This document shows, piece after piece, positions 30,887-41,542 of a DNA stretch of 64,000 nt. The stretch spans positions 2,144,001-2,208,000 of the forward strand of contig OY760175.1 in the NCBI GenBank assembly GCA_963663165.1. The letters run 5' to 3'. The notes under the pieces were generated by a model. That model was not told the origin of the DNA and made no database searches. It saw only the letters and a list, made by a program, of their open reading frames with translations. Every line of letters starts with the position of its first letter. Within the stretch, counting starts at the first letter, position 1. This stretch comes from an uncultured Desulfospira sp. GTDB lineage: Bacteria > Desulfobacterota > Desulfobacteria > Desulfobacterales > Desulfobacteraceae. The translations under genes were made by a program, and so were the position numbers.

Positions 30887-31441
30887 TTATGCAACCCCTT
30901 TTTGATCAATGTATTCCCATTCGTCAATAATGGCGTTGGGCGCAATGATTTGGGACATGCTGATATGGCAGCCTTCACCGAGCAGCGCATTATTCCCGGC
31001 ACAGACACCCGCCCCCACAAGGGCGTAGCGCCCGACGGTCACATTTTGATTTAAATTAACATTTGAAAGAAGGCAGGCCCCGAATCCCACCTTAGTTTCG
31101 GCAAGAATGATTGAACCAGGGCCCACAATCGCTGCCTCACTGATATGCGAATGTTTTGAAATAGTGGTGTTTTTATGAATTAATTGGGGGAAGATATGCC
31201 CCTGGGCGGAAAACTTCTCAATCATTCTCTTTCTATGAACAGGCTCTCCTATTCCTAATGCCAAATATTGATGGTTTTCAATCGTTATATCTTTTATCTT
31301 CCCCAATACTGGATATCCTAAAACATGATCTAAATTAGGAAAATGATCATCGAAAACTCCCCCTAACCGAATATCATTGGACTCAAGAATATCGATTATA
31401 AATTTTGATAACATTCCCCCGCCGACAACATGAATATCCAT
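30887..31441 (-). CDS. NeuD/PglD-family acetyltransferase
   Basis: N-terminal Rossmann-like GGG...DD...GYPVLG, LGIG; C-terminal hexapeptide repeats; AAGGAG RBS. Confidence 0.78.
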   Translation of the reverse strand: MDIHVVGGGMLSKFIIDILESNDIRLGGVFDDHFPNLDHVLGYPVLGKIKDITIENHQYLALGIGEPVHRKRMIEKFSAQGHIFPQLIHKNTTISKHSHISEAAIVGPGSIILAETKVGFGACLLSNVNLNQNVTVGRYALVGAGVCAGNNALLGEGCHISMSQIIAPNAIIDEWEYIDQKGVA

Positions 31442-31538
31442 CTTGTGCTCCTTGATTAACACCGATAAAGGAGGTGGTGTGAACTTTTAGAAGCCATATG
31501 CCATATTAGCCCATACAAGGCCTGTCGCATTTGCCGGC

Positions 31539-32543
31539 TTATTCTTTTAGGCCCTGGTTTTGGCAAACAAACCAGTTTACTGTTTCCAAAAGTCCTGATT
31601 CCAAGTCATATTCAGACTGCCACCCCAGTCTGTTTTTTGCTTTGGTAGTATCGGAAAAATTTCTCATGACGTCGCCAAGCCGTTTTTGGCCGTTGATCAC
31701 ATTAAAATTTTTAAACCCCTCCTGATTCAGTATAGGGATTAACACCTCAAGCAGTTCATTGATCGTAGTTTCCCTGTTGGAAGCTATTTGAAAGGTTTCT
31801 CCACCGGCTTGATCGGAGCGCTGTGCCAGGATCACGGCCCTGATCAAGTCTTCTATATAAATAAAATCTCTTGTCTGAGAACCATCCCCATAAATTTCCA
31901 GGTCCTTTCCTGCCATGGCCTGTTTGATAAACTTGGCCACAACACTGTCTTTTTTGAAGGAATACGGGCCATAGACATTTCCAAATCGCAGTGCCACCGT
32001 CTGGACACCAAACGTTCGGCAATAGGACGAACAATACCCTTCGCCTGCCAGCTTGCTTGCCCCATATGGTGAAACCGGATGGGGCGGCAACTCTTCATGG
32101 ATCGGCGGTGAGCATTCTCCGGCAGGCGCTCCGCTGGATGCAAATATAAATTTTTTTATACCGTTAACCTTTGCGGCTTCCAGATAATTTAATGTTCCGA
32201 TAACATTAATCAAACAGTCCTTATGGGGGTTTTCAACAGAAGGCGCCACCCCGGTATTGGCCGCGAGATGGACAATCACATCAATCCCCTTTGAAACTGC
32301 AACGGCAAAATCTGTACTCCTGATGTCTGCCTGGACAAGGGTCACTTGATGTTGCTCATCCGCAACCGGGATTGAATCAGGCTCAAGCTCTGTGAAATGG
32401 CAGACATGGGATAAATCTTCCCTGGTCCCCACGCTTAAATCATCAACGACCCGTATAAAATTATTGGGGTCAGATAAAAGCTGCTTGATCAGATTCCTGC
32501 CGATAAAGCCGCACCCACCAGTTATAAGCCATTTTAATCCCAT
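31539..32543 (-). CDS. NAD-dependent epimerase/dehydratase (GalE-like extended SDR)
   Basis: GGCGFIG, HLAA, YGASK, RFGNVYGP, GDGSQTRDF. Confidence 0.88.
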   Translation of the reverse strand: MGLKWLITGGCGFIGRNLIKQLLSDPNNFIRVVDDLSVGTREDLSHVCHFTELEPDSIPVADEQHQVTLVQADIRSTDFAVAVSKGIDVIVHLAANTGVAPSVENPHKDCLINVIGTLNYLEAAKVNGIKKFIFASSGAPAGECSPPIHEELPPHPVSPYGASKLAGEGYCSSYCRTFGVQTVALRFGNVYGPYSFKKDSVVAKFIKQAMAGKDLEIYGDGSQTRDFIYIEDLIRAVILAQRSDQAGGETFQIASNRETTINELLEVLIPILNQEGFKNFNVINGQKRLGDVMRNFSDTTKAKNRLGWQSEYDLESGLLETVNWFVCQNQGLKE

Positions 32544-33682
32544 TTGGTTCCTCTGAATACCCTGTGCCGGGCAATATTGTGTTCATGCTTTTTGACAAAC
32601 TCCATCATCTCAATGAGCACCTCATCAGTGAGCAAATGGGGTTCAAGGCCAAGGTCTATCAATCCGGTATGAACCGGATTATAATAATGATCCTCTTTTT
32701 CAATTCTTGGGTTGGCGATATTATTGACCGAAACCTCTAATCCAATTTTTGCTCCGGCGCTTTGGATGCGGTCAGCAATCTCGTTCACAGAAAATGTTTC
32801 CGTAAATTGGTTAAAGATCCGCAATTCACCTTTTGAGGCTGGATTTTCCAAAGAAAGACGGACACAATTTAAGGTATCCATTATATTTAAATACCCTCTT
32901 GTCTGACCGCCTTTTCCGTAAACCGTCAAGGGAAAGCCTGCAACCGCCTGGACAACAAACCGGTTTAAGACTGTTCCGAACAGCTCGTCATAACTGAAAA
33001 AAGGCAAAAGGCGCTCGTCATCTTGATTTTCCCATGTGAACAAGCCGTATACCGGCCCCTGCATCAAGTCGGTAACTCTTAAATTCCATATTCTTACGTA
33101 ATACCATAACAAATCCGTATCCATTATTTTGGTGGTGTGGTACAGACTACCGGCCTGGCGGGGAAAAAGAAACCGGTCCTCCCTATCTTTATGACGTATA
33201 TCCAGCCATCCTTCCTCAATATCAATATTTGGAGTTCCATATTCGCCCATGGTCCCTAACTTGATGATGTGTACATCAGGACAGAATTCTTTTGCGGCAA
33301 AAATAATATTGGCGGTTACAGCCAAATTATTATTTAGTGTCAGCATGGCGGCAGGCCGATTCAGCATTGAATATGGCGCTGAGGGCTGTTCTGCATAATG
33401 GATGACCGCATCCGGCTTAAAAGAGGAAAAAAGGTCTGCTGTGAATGACCAGTCAGTCAGGTCCCCTATCCTGACGGCTATGGTTTTACCGGCTTTTTGT
33501 TCCCATATTCTGGAGCGTTCCTGAATATTGGGGACTTCGAATAAAGGCTCACAGTCTTCTTCCCTTGATATATTTCTTCGCAAATAATTGTCCGCCACCA
33601 GAATATCGTGCCCCTTAGCAGACAAATGCATTGCCGTCGGCCACCCTAAATACCCGTCTCCTCCAGCAATTAGAATTTTCAT
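32534..33682 (-). CDS. sqdB: UDP-sulfoquinovose synthase (SqdB/SQD1/Agl3 family)
   Basis: GGDGYLGWPTA, AEQPSAPYSM, KLGTMGEYGTPNIDIEEG, GSLYHTTK, TDLMQGPVYG, FGTVLNRF, YGKGGQTRG, NQFTE. Confidence 0.9.
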   Translation of the reverse strand: MKILIAGGDGYLGWPTAMHLSAKGHDILVADNYLRRNISREEDCEPLFEVPNIQERSRIWEQKAGKTIAVRIGDLTDWSFTADLFSSFKPDAVIHYAEQPSAPYSMLNRPAAMLTLNNNLAVTANIIFAAKEFCPDVHIIKLGTMGEYGTPNIDIEEGWLDIRHKDREDRFLFPRQAGSLYHTTKIMDTDLLWYYVRIWNLRVTDLMQGPVYGLFTWENQDDERLLPFFSYDELFGTVLNRFVVQAVAGFPLTVYGKGGQTRGYLNIMDTLNCVRLSLENPASKGELRIFNQFTETFSVNEIADRIQSAGAKIGLEVSVNNIANPRIEKEDHYYNPVHTGLIDLGLEPHLLTDEVLIEMMEFVKKHEHNIARHRVFRGTKWD

Positions 33683-33684
33683 GC

Positions 33685-34779
33685 TTATTTATCCTTTCTA
33701 TCCCCCGGCCAATATCGTTGGTCCGGGTGATCATCCCTGTATTTGCTTAAATCCAGTAAATTATTTGAAAATAAAAATTCTTTAATGGCGTTTTTATCCA
33801 TATAAGGTTGATTTGCCGAAACATAGGGGTCGGTGACCTGATCTGAGACAATCCCCTCATAGTCATAAGAGATATTTTTATAAAGTCCCCTGAATGCCGG
33901 CAGCACACTAAAATAACTGCCCAGTTCAACAGCCCTTCTGGTCTCCTCCTGGCTCATCAGTTCTTCGTACAATTTTTCGCCGGGTTTTACCCCTATTTCA
34001 ACAATATCAATGTCACCCGGGTCAAAGCCAAATTCCGGGGCCAAGTTCTCAATCATCACATCAGCCAGATCTTTGATCCGTATAACCGGCATTTTGGTAA
34101 TGAATACCTCACCACCCCTGGCGATTTCAGACGAATCAATAACCAGTTTTGCGGCCTGGCTGATACTCATCACAAATCGTGTCATCTCTGAATGCGTGAG
34201 CGTGACAGGACCACCCTTTTCAATCTGTTTTATAAATATGGGAATGACGGATCCGCTTGAGCCCAGTACATTCCCAAACCGAGTGCTGGCGAAAACGGTA
34301 TTACCGGTATAATTATTACTGTTGGCAGCAGTAACCAGTCGTTCTCCCATCAACTTGCTTGTACCCATCACATTTGTGGGGTTAACCGCTTTGTCCGAGC
34401 TTGTGAAAATAACTTTTGAAACAAGGTTATCAATAGAGGCTCTCACAATATTCTGAACGCCATGAACATTTGTCTGAACAGCTTCATAGGGCGAGCGTTC
34501 ACACATGACAACATGTTTAAGTGCTGCCGCATGAAAAATAACATCAACCTGCCTGGTGACCCTTGAGATTTTCTCAAAATCACGGACATCTGCCAAAACA
34601 AACCGGGTTTGACTGTTATGGACATATTCCTGATCCATAAAAAACAACTCGCTCTCGCTGTTATCGATTCCGATAACTTCTGCAGGAGCATATAAACTAC
34701 TGGACAAAAGAATCTTGAATAATTCTTTTCCGACTGTACCGCATGAGCCTGTAATAAGGATACGCTTATTCTCAAACAT
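33685..34779 (-). CDS. UDP-GlcNAc 4,6-dehydratase-like polysaccharide biosynthesis protein (CapD/PseB-like)
   Basis: HAAALKHV, SSDKAVNPTNVMGTSK, RFGNVLGSSGSVIP, MTRF, PGEKLYEEL. Confidence 0.85.
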   Translation of the reverse strand: MFENKRILITGSCGTVGKELFKILLSSSLYAPAEVIGIDNSESELFFMDQEYVHNSQTRFVLADVRDFEKISRVTRQVDVIFHAAALKHVVMCERSPYEAVQTNVHGVQNIVRASIDNLVSKVIFTSSDKAVNPTNVMGTSKLMGERLVTAANSNNYTGNTVFASTRFGNVLGSSGSVIPIFIKQIEKGGPVTLTHSEMTRFVMSISQAAKLVIDSSEIARGGEVFITKMPVIRIKDLADVMIENLAPEFGFDPGDIDIVEIGVKPGEKLYEELMSQEETRRAVELGSYFSVLPAFRGLYKNISYDYEGIVSDQVTDPYVSANQPYMDKNAIKEFLFSNNLLDLSKYRDDHPDQRYWPGDRKDK

Positions 34780-34879
34780 ATGGTTTCCCAATTTTGGAAT
34801 GCTCCGATGCTGTCTCACATCAAAGAAGAAGTGAAATTATAAGTAAAAAAGAGAGATGGGAAATCTTTTGTTATTTCCC

Positions 34880-36184
34880 CTATCGACTTTGTTTTCTTGA
34901 ACTCTCAATCAATGCAATCAAAAAAGAAATCCCCATGCCCAATATCAATCCCAATATGCCCCCCACCACGACGATTAATTTTTTATTTTTGGGGAAGCTA
35001 AGGTTGGCGGAAACAGGGCCCGCTTTAATTCCGTTAAGTTTCATATCATCCCATTTAATTTTCTCCAGCAAAAAAAGTTTATCTTTAAAGCCTTCAACGC
35101 CTTCAATGGGGTAGTCCTTTTTTTCGAGCTGCTGGAGTTTATCTTTCTTAAAGAAAAGATCATCAAGAGCCGGTGAAGAAATATTTTTTTTATCCAGTTT
35201 GGCTTGAATAGATTTCACGTTTTCTTCTAACTCGATTTGATAACAAGATTTAGGTATCCCGTCATTTGAATTCAATTTTTTCTGCACCAGGACGATTTCA
35301 TTGTCAATGGCCTGAATTCCACGCATATAAGCCGGTTTCCCGGACAAATTTTCCGGCATCTTCACGACCCCTATTTTCTCAGCCAGAGTCCGCTGTTCCA
35401 AAAGCTCATTGAGCTGCTTTTTCATTTGATATTTTTCCTGCAATGCCACCAGAGAAATTTTGTTCTTGAGTTCATAAAGGCTGTTGTCGAGCTTTTGCAA
35501 TTCTCTATTTTTTTCAATACTGATATCCAATTCAATAGACGATAGCTTTTGTTGTATTTTTGCCTTCTCGATCCTTTCCAAACTGTCAAGTCTGCCTTTA
35601 GATGCTATTACTCTTGCCTCTGTATTTAAACTTAAGTAATCTAAAACTTCTTTGCGGGTATATTCGTTAATATATTGGATTAATTCATTTAGGATTGCAG
35701 TTGCATTATCCGGGTTATCGCCTTTGAATGAAACAACCACCACCTGGGGAAGCCTTTGATTTCTCGGAGGCCCATTAACCGTTAAATCATTTAAAAAATC
35801 TGTTTTTTTGATATTTTGATTTTCAATGCTGATTTTGTCTTTCCAAAACTGAGCCTGGACCTTTCTATTTTTAATATTCTGAAGGCAATATTCAAATGCG
35901 ATTCCTGAATCAGGATAAATACTTTTCAATTCCGAGTTTTCAGCCCTCAACTTCTCTTCATGAGGGTCAACAACGGTCTGAATTTTTGTCTGGACACTAT
36001 ATCTATCCTGTACCAATAAACAATACACCAAAGAGACCAGCGTAAATAAAAATGTTATAGTTAAAATAACCCACCGGTAACGCCATAGTACCCTTAATAT
36101 GTCCAAAAGGTTTAATTCATCATCCGTTGATTTATGCTCGAAATTTGTGTCTAAACTCAATTGGGCGCTATTTTCTTTTCCCAT
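34880..36184 (-). CDS. wzz: Wzz-type chain-length determinant
   Basis: DELNLLDILRVLW, two terminal transmembrane helices, long coiled coil, P.NKKLIVVVGGILGLILG. Confidence 0.82.
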   Translation of the reverse strand: MGKENSAQLSLDTNFEHKSTDDELNLLDILRVLWRYRWVILTITFLFTLVSLVYCLLVQDRYSVQTKIQTVVDPHEEKLRAENSELKSIYPDSGIAFEYCLQNIKNRKVQAQFWKDKISIENQNIKKTDFLNDLTVNGPPRNQRLPQVVVVSFKGDNPDNATAILNELIQYINEYTRKEVLDYLSLNTEARVIASKGRLDSLERIEKAKIQQKLSSIELDISIEKNRELQKLDNSLYELKNKISLVALQEKYQMKKQLNELLEQRTLAEKIGVVKMPENLSGKPAYMRGIQAIDNEIVLVQKKLNSNDGIPKSCYQIELEENVKSIQAKLDKKNISSPALDDLFFKKDKLQQLEKKDYPIEGVEGFKDKLFLLEKIKWDDMKLNGIKAGPVSANLSFPKNKKLIVVVGGILGLILGMGISFLIALIESSRKQSR

Positions 36185-36305
36185 TAAACACCTTTAAATT
36201 TGTTATTGTTTCATCCTCAAATTTGCCTGCCAAAATCAATTCTGTGCTGTTGGTTCAATCGACCCTGCTAAGTTAGAAGTCAGGCAAATCAAATCCTTTA
36301 AATTC

Positions 36306-37994
36306 TTAATTTAATAATAACTCGCTACAAATTCGTGCTTGATCTTCTTTGCTCAGGTACGGATACATGGGAAGACTGAATATCCTTGATGCACAATCTT
36401 CAGAGACGGGGAAATCCCCTTTTTCATGCCCCAAATCAGCAAAGGCGATCTGTAAATGCAATGGTTTTGGATAATATACGGCCGTCGGGATTCCTTTTTC
36501 TTTGAGCCTTTCTTGGATCCGGCTTCTTGTCGCCCCGTCAAAGGTAAGAATTGAATATTGAGCCCAGGCACTTTTGATTCTGGAAAAATGCTTGGGCAAC
36601 GTTAGCCTGTTATTTGCCGATAGCGCTTCTTGATATGCGTTTGCGATACTGCGCCGGGATTCCAGTTCCTGTGGGAAAATTTCAAATTTGGGAAGCAGTA
36701 TGGCGGCCTGAAGCGTATCCAACCGTCCATTGATTCCTATTCGGATATTGTCGTATTTATCAGCACCTTTGCCGTGAACACGAATGGACTTAATTCTATC
36801 TGCAACTTCATCAGAGTCCGTGAACACGGCACCGCCATCACCATACCCCCCAAGGGGTTTTGCGGGGAAAAATGATGTGCAGCCCACATGGCCGAGGGCG
36901 CCTGCCATCCGGCCCTTGTATTCAGCGCCAAAGGACTGGGCAGCATCTTCAATCACCACAAGATCATACGCTGATGCGATCGGGTTTATCCGGTCATAAT
37001 CACATGGAAGGCCAAACAGATCCACTGGGATAATTGCTTTTGGGTTTAAATTTCCCTCTGATGTTACCTTTGTAATGGCTGCCTCAAGTCCCGCCGGCAG
37101 GATATTGAAAGTTTCAATATCGATATCCACAAATACCGGGGTTGCCCCGATTAGCTTAATGACCTCAGCGGTTGCGATAAATGTAAACGGGGTTGTGAAA
37201 ACCGCATCACCGGGACCAATACCATACGCCATCAGAGCCATCAGCAGGGCATCGGTCCCCGAGCTGCAGGTGATCGCGTGGCGTGTTTTTGCAAACACTG
37301 CCAGCTTCTTTTCCAACTCAGAGACTTCCGGCCCCATGATATATTTCCCGTGGCTGAGTACATTCTTTATACGTTGTTCAAGCTTTGGCAGGATAATTTT
37401 CTGCTGGGCAGCCAGTGAAACAAAGGGGATAGGCTTGTTTTGTTCCTGCCTGTCTGATGTCGGGTCAATTCCTTTGCCGCAAACCGGACAAACGAAATCC
37501 TGATTTAACTTTTCACCGCATTCACATACCCAGCCGGTCTGTTTTGCTGGATTTCCCATTACCAGTGCATGATCCGGCACATCTTTTGTTACAACGGCAC
37601 CCGCCCCCACAAATGCATATTTTCCAATGGTTACGCCGCAGACGATAGTACAGTTGGCACCAAGGCTTACCCCCTTTTTAATCCGTGTGGGGCGGACTTC
37701 ATCCATCCGCCTTATATGGGACCTTGGGTTAAACACGTTGGTGAACACCATGGAGGGGCCGCAGAATACATCATCTTCCAGGGTTACCCCTTTATACACG
37801 GAAACATTATTTTGAATCTTGCAGCCGTTTCCAATGGACACATCAGGGCCTGCAACCACATTCTGTCCAAAATTGCAGTTGGCTCCAACAATGGTATTTT
37901 TCATAATATGGGAAAAATGCCATATTTTTGTTCCATTGCCGATGGTCACATTCTCATCCAGCTGTGCCGTGGGATGAACAAAATAATCATTCAT
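36306..37994 (-). CDS. Fusion of WbpD-like N-acetyltransferase and WbpE-like DegT aminotransferase
   Basis: N-half HPTA...IWHFSH...[13 protein letters not shown]...GNPA...CECG; C-half IPFVSL...SGTDAL...EDAAQSFGA...[15 protein letters not shown], in one frame. Confidence 0.87.
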   Translation of the reverse strand: MNDYFVHPTAQLDENVTIGNGTKIWHFSHIMKNTIVGANCNFGQNVVAGPDVSIGNGCKIQNNVSVYKGVTLEDDVFCGPSMVFTNVFNPRSHIRRMDEVRPTRIKKGVSLGANCTIVCGVTIGKYAFVGAGAVVTKDVPDHALVMGNPAKQTGWVCECGEKLNQDFVCPVCGKGIDPTSDRQEQNKPIPFVSLAAQQKIILPKLEQRIKNVLSHGKYIMGPEVSELEKKLAVFAKTRHAITCSSGTDALLMALMAYGIGPGDAVFTTPFTFIATAEVIKLIGATPVFVDIDIETFNILPAGLEAAITKVTSEGNLNPKAIIPVDLFGLPCDYDRINPIASAYDLVVIEDAAQSFGAEYKGRMAGALGHVGCTSFFPAKPLGGYGDGGAVFTDSDEVADRIKSIRVHGKGADKYDNIRIGINGRLDTLQAAILLPKFEIFPQELESRRSIANAYQEALSANNRLTLPKHFSRIKSAWAQYSILTFDGATRSRIQERLKEKGIPTAVYYPKPLHLQIAFADLGHEKGDFPVSEDCASRIFSLPMYPYLSKEDQARICSELLLN

Positions 37995-37998
37995 GGAT

Positions 37999-39072
<1,074 letters not shown>

Positions 39073-39114
39073 TCAAAATAAAATTTGATAAAATTCCCGA
39101 CAATAATAACGGAA

Positions 39115-39501
39115 TCAAATTATTCTTTTCACATCTTGAAGCAAGTCCGTATCATGCCGGACTGTGTCATCCATTCCTTGAACCTGCTCAAATAGGATAT
39201 TGATTTCTTTTTTGATTTCGTCATATTCCTGGATTCTGATTTTTAAGCGTTTTAAGGCAAGACGGGTCAGTTCTTTCAAACCTGCAGGCGTAATGCGGTA
39301 TAGATAGGCCGTTTTTTTGGAGGCATTTTTAAATCTTTCAATCCGAATCAGCCCTTTTTGAGCGAGAAAAGAAATGCAAAAATTAACCTTTCCCAAACTG
39401 ATTCCCATTTTATGTTTCATTTCTCTTTGGGTCAGGTTTGGTTCTTCTTTTAAAAGGCTCAGCAATTTGAATCGTATATCATTATCCATAGGAATGTTCA
39501 T
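39115..39501 (-). CDS. MarR-family EPS-associated transcriptional regulator
   Basis: PNLTQRE...GISLGKVNFC...YLYRITPAG; heads the glycan locus. Confidence 0.85.
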   Translation of the reverse strand: MNIPMDNDIRFKLLSLLKEEPNLTQREMKHKMGISLGKVNFCISFLAQKGLIRIERFKNASKKTAYLYRITPAGLKELTRLALKRLKIRIQEYDEIKKEINILFEQVQGMDDTVRHDTDLLQDVKRII

Positions 39502-39538
39502 CAGGTGAACTTATATGGCATCACTTGGGGAAGGTCAA
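39496..39538 (-). promoter_or_regulatory. Sigma70-like promoter with overlapping palindromic operator candidate
   Basis: TTGACC (39538-39533), 17-bp spacer, TATAAG (39515-39510); palindrome GTTCA-N5-TGAAC at 39496-39510. Confidence 0.5.
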
Positions 39539-39620
39539 GAATTATTTGGAGTTTGAAGGGAAAATCACCTATTTGTCGTATCCCGATAAAACAACCACAT
39601 TTTGTTAAGATATTAAACAG

Positions 39621-40544
39621 TTACCCAGCAAAAATAACCGTGACCTGGGCCCTTCGGTGGAAGGATTTTTGCTTGATGGGCTGTGTGGCTGCGAACCGGT
39701 ATTCGCCGGTGGTTCCGATCTTAAAAATGGAGGGTTTCAGACCGTTTTTAACCAGTTCGTGGACGATATTCGCGGCCCTGGAAGCGGCAAGCTCGAGATT
39801 GGAGGGGTATCGCTTGGTATGTATAGGGTCGGTATCGGCGTACCCGTCCACCACCACCTTGATGTCATATGGTTTCAGGAACAGGGCCAGTTTTTTTAGA
39901 AAATTTTTATATTCTTTGGCCACCCGGGCGCTGCCTGAAGAAAAGAGAATGGGAAGCGTGGTGTTGATTTTCAGGCAGGTGCCGTCTCCGGCCACCTCGA
40001 CCCAGTCATCAAGCCCCAGATCCTTTATCCGTTTTTCAATGGACGCCTTTTTCACTGACGGTCTGTGGCTGCTGTTGATATCAGTGTTAATATTTTCCGA
40101 TAGGATTTGATTTTTTACACCACTTGGGATAGTGGGGCTTGATTTTTTTTGGGACTCGTATGTTTTGATGTAAGAGGCATTTAATGCGGACAGCCTGGCC
40201 TTCTCTTTTTTCAGATATTGTATTTTTTTTTCTTTGGCGATTACAGAATCGGTCAGGTCCGAAGCCGGCTGCCTTCCGGCATCGCTGATTCGATTGATCT
40301 TAAGAACGAGCCAGTCCATGTCTTTTTCGATGGATCTGATCTGGTTCTCCAGCACTTTGATCTCGTTTTGATGCTGATCAATGATTTTTTTTAATTCAAC
40401 GGTGGTGTAGGCGCTGGTATCAAAAGGCCACTTGTCATAATGCCCTGCCGCATTCAAGGAGACTGGTCCAACGAACAGAACAGCGCCGATGAAAATCAGC
40501 AATCCCCACAGAAAAATGTTTAATTTATCCATTGAATATCCCAT
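39621..40544 (-). CDS. OmpA/MotB-like peptidoglycan-binding protein with coiled coil
   Basis: N-terminal hydrophobic segment, coiled coil, LFSSGSA...GYADTDPI...SNLELAASRA; AGGAGG RBS. Confidence 0.78.
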   Translation of the reverse strand: MGYSMDKLNIFLWGLLIFIGAVLFVGPVSLNAAGHYDKWPFDTSAYTTVELKKIIDQHQNEIKVLENQIRSIEKDMDWLVLKINRISDAGRQPASDLTDSVIAKEKKIQYLKKEKARLSALNASYIKTYESQKKSSPTIPSGVKNQILSENINTDINSSHRPSVKKASIEKRIKDLGLDDWVEVAGDGTCLKINTTLPILFSSGSARVAKEYKNFLKKLALFLKPYDIKVVVDGYADTDPIHTKRYPSNLELAASRAANIVHELVKNGLKPSIFKIGTTGEYRFAATQPIKQKSFHRRAQVTVIFAG

Positions 40545-40609
40545 GATTTCCTCCTTGAAACCTTGCGGCATAAAACAGCGGCCTTCCCCCCGATACCGGT
40601 ATCAAAATT

Positions 40610-40644
40610 TTAGACGTTAGACATTGGACTTCAGACTTTAGAAA
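40610..40644. repeat. Degenerate heptamer tandem repeat
   Basis: ttagacg ttagaca ttggact tcagact ttagaaa. Confidence 0.55.
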
Positions 40645-40683
40645 ACCGCCCGTAAAAAAGCCTCGAGACTTAAGCCCTAAACC

Positions 40684-41208
40684 TTATGAGCTTGTGTCAA
40701 ACATTCCGGACATGAGAGATGCGCCGGTGGGCTGCACGTTGTTTCCAAGCCCTACAGGCCACCAGACCATGCCCTTCTTGGCAAAATTAATGCGCAACCG
40801 CAGCCGGGCGTTGGTGATGCCGTACTCGCCCTGGGTGATCTCCACGATTTCAGCCCCTCTCAGCCAGGACTGGGTATGGACCTGAATCATTTCCTGGTTA
40901 ACCGTGCCGTTCCCGGCTTTCAGGAAAGCATCCACATATACCCCTCTGATCTTTTCAACCAGCTGCCGGTAGCCGTCGGCAACCGCAGCCCTTTCCGCCA
41001 TGATCACCGCTTCACCTTTTGTCAGTGCGGTTTCAGGTTCAAGCCCTTTGCCGGTAACGTAAAAAGTCACAACCTTTGAATTGTCTGCACCGCCGGTTCC
41101 GCCAAGAACGCCGCCAGGGTTACTGGCATTGGAGTAAAATCCGGCTGTAGAACAGCCAAAAAGGAACAAAGCCAAAAGTCCGGTTGCCATGTAAATTAGA
41201 TTTTTCAT
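40684..41208 (-). CDS. LPP20/FlgP-like lipoprotein
   Basis: Lipobox LFGC; AERAAVADGYRQLVEKIRGV motif. Confidence 0.72.
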   Translation of the reverse strand: MKNLIYMATGLLALFLFGCSTAGFYSNASNPGGVLGGTGGADNSKVVTFYVTGKGLEPETALTKGEAVIMAERAAVADGYRQLVEKIRGVYVDAFLKAGNGTVNQEMIQVHTQSWLRGAEIVEITQGEYGITNARLRLRINFAKKGMVWWPVGLGNNVQPTGASLMSGMFDTSS

Positions 41209-41542
41209 TTTTCCCCTTCCTGAATCTCGGCCACGTTGGCTTATGGCGTCCATGCCCGATTTCATGTCTGCTTAAAGAACTCACATCCCTTGAATTCAAG
41301 TCAAAGGCTTAATGATTATGTGGTACCTGTTTTATATGCTTCCGGCATACCGCAGAATTCAACATTCACGGCCAGCTGATTTGATTTTGTTGCCTGGGTT
41401 CACGACCCGTTGACGGCTGTGATTCCAGCGTGATACACTTTAGAATCGTCAACCATTGAGGTTAACTTTAACATCCAGGGCCGAATAAATCAAAAACAAC
41501 CATCATATCTGGAAAAGGCCGGACTATTTTTTCTGCCAAGTT

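Noticed and set aside
39505..40110. 201-aa plus-strand ORF
   Set aside because: Antisense shadow of the OmpA/MotB-like gene with no recognisable motif.
41270..41440. Possible structured ncRNA (6S-like fragments such as TGAACCC...TTCAAGGG on the minus strand) or riboswitch
   Set aside because: I could not build a convincing long hairpin or riboswitch consensus, and the usual 6S gene context is absent; an Rfam scan would be needed.
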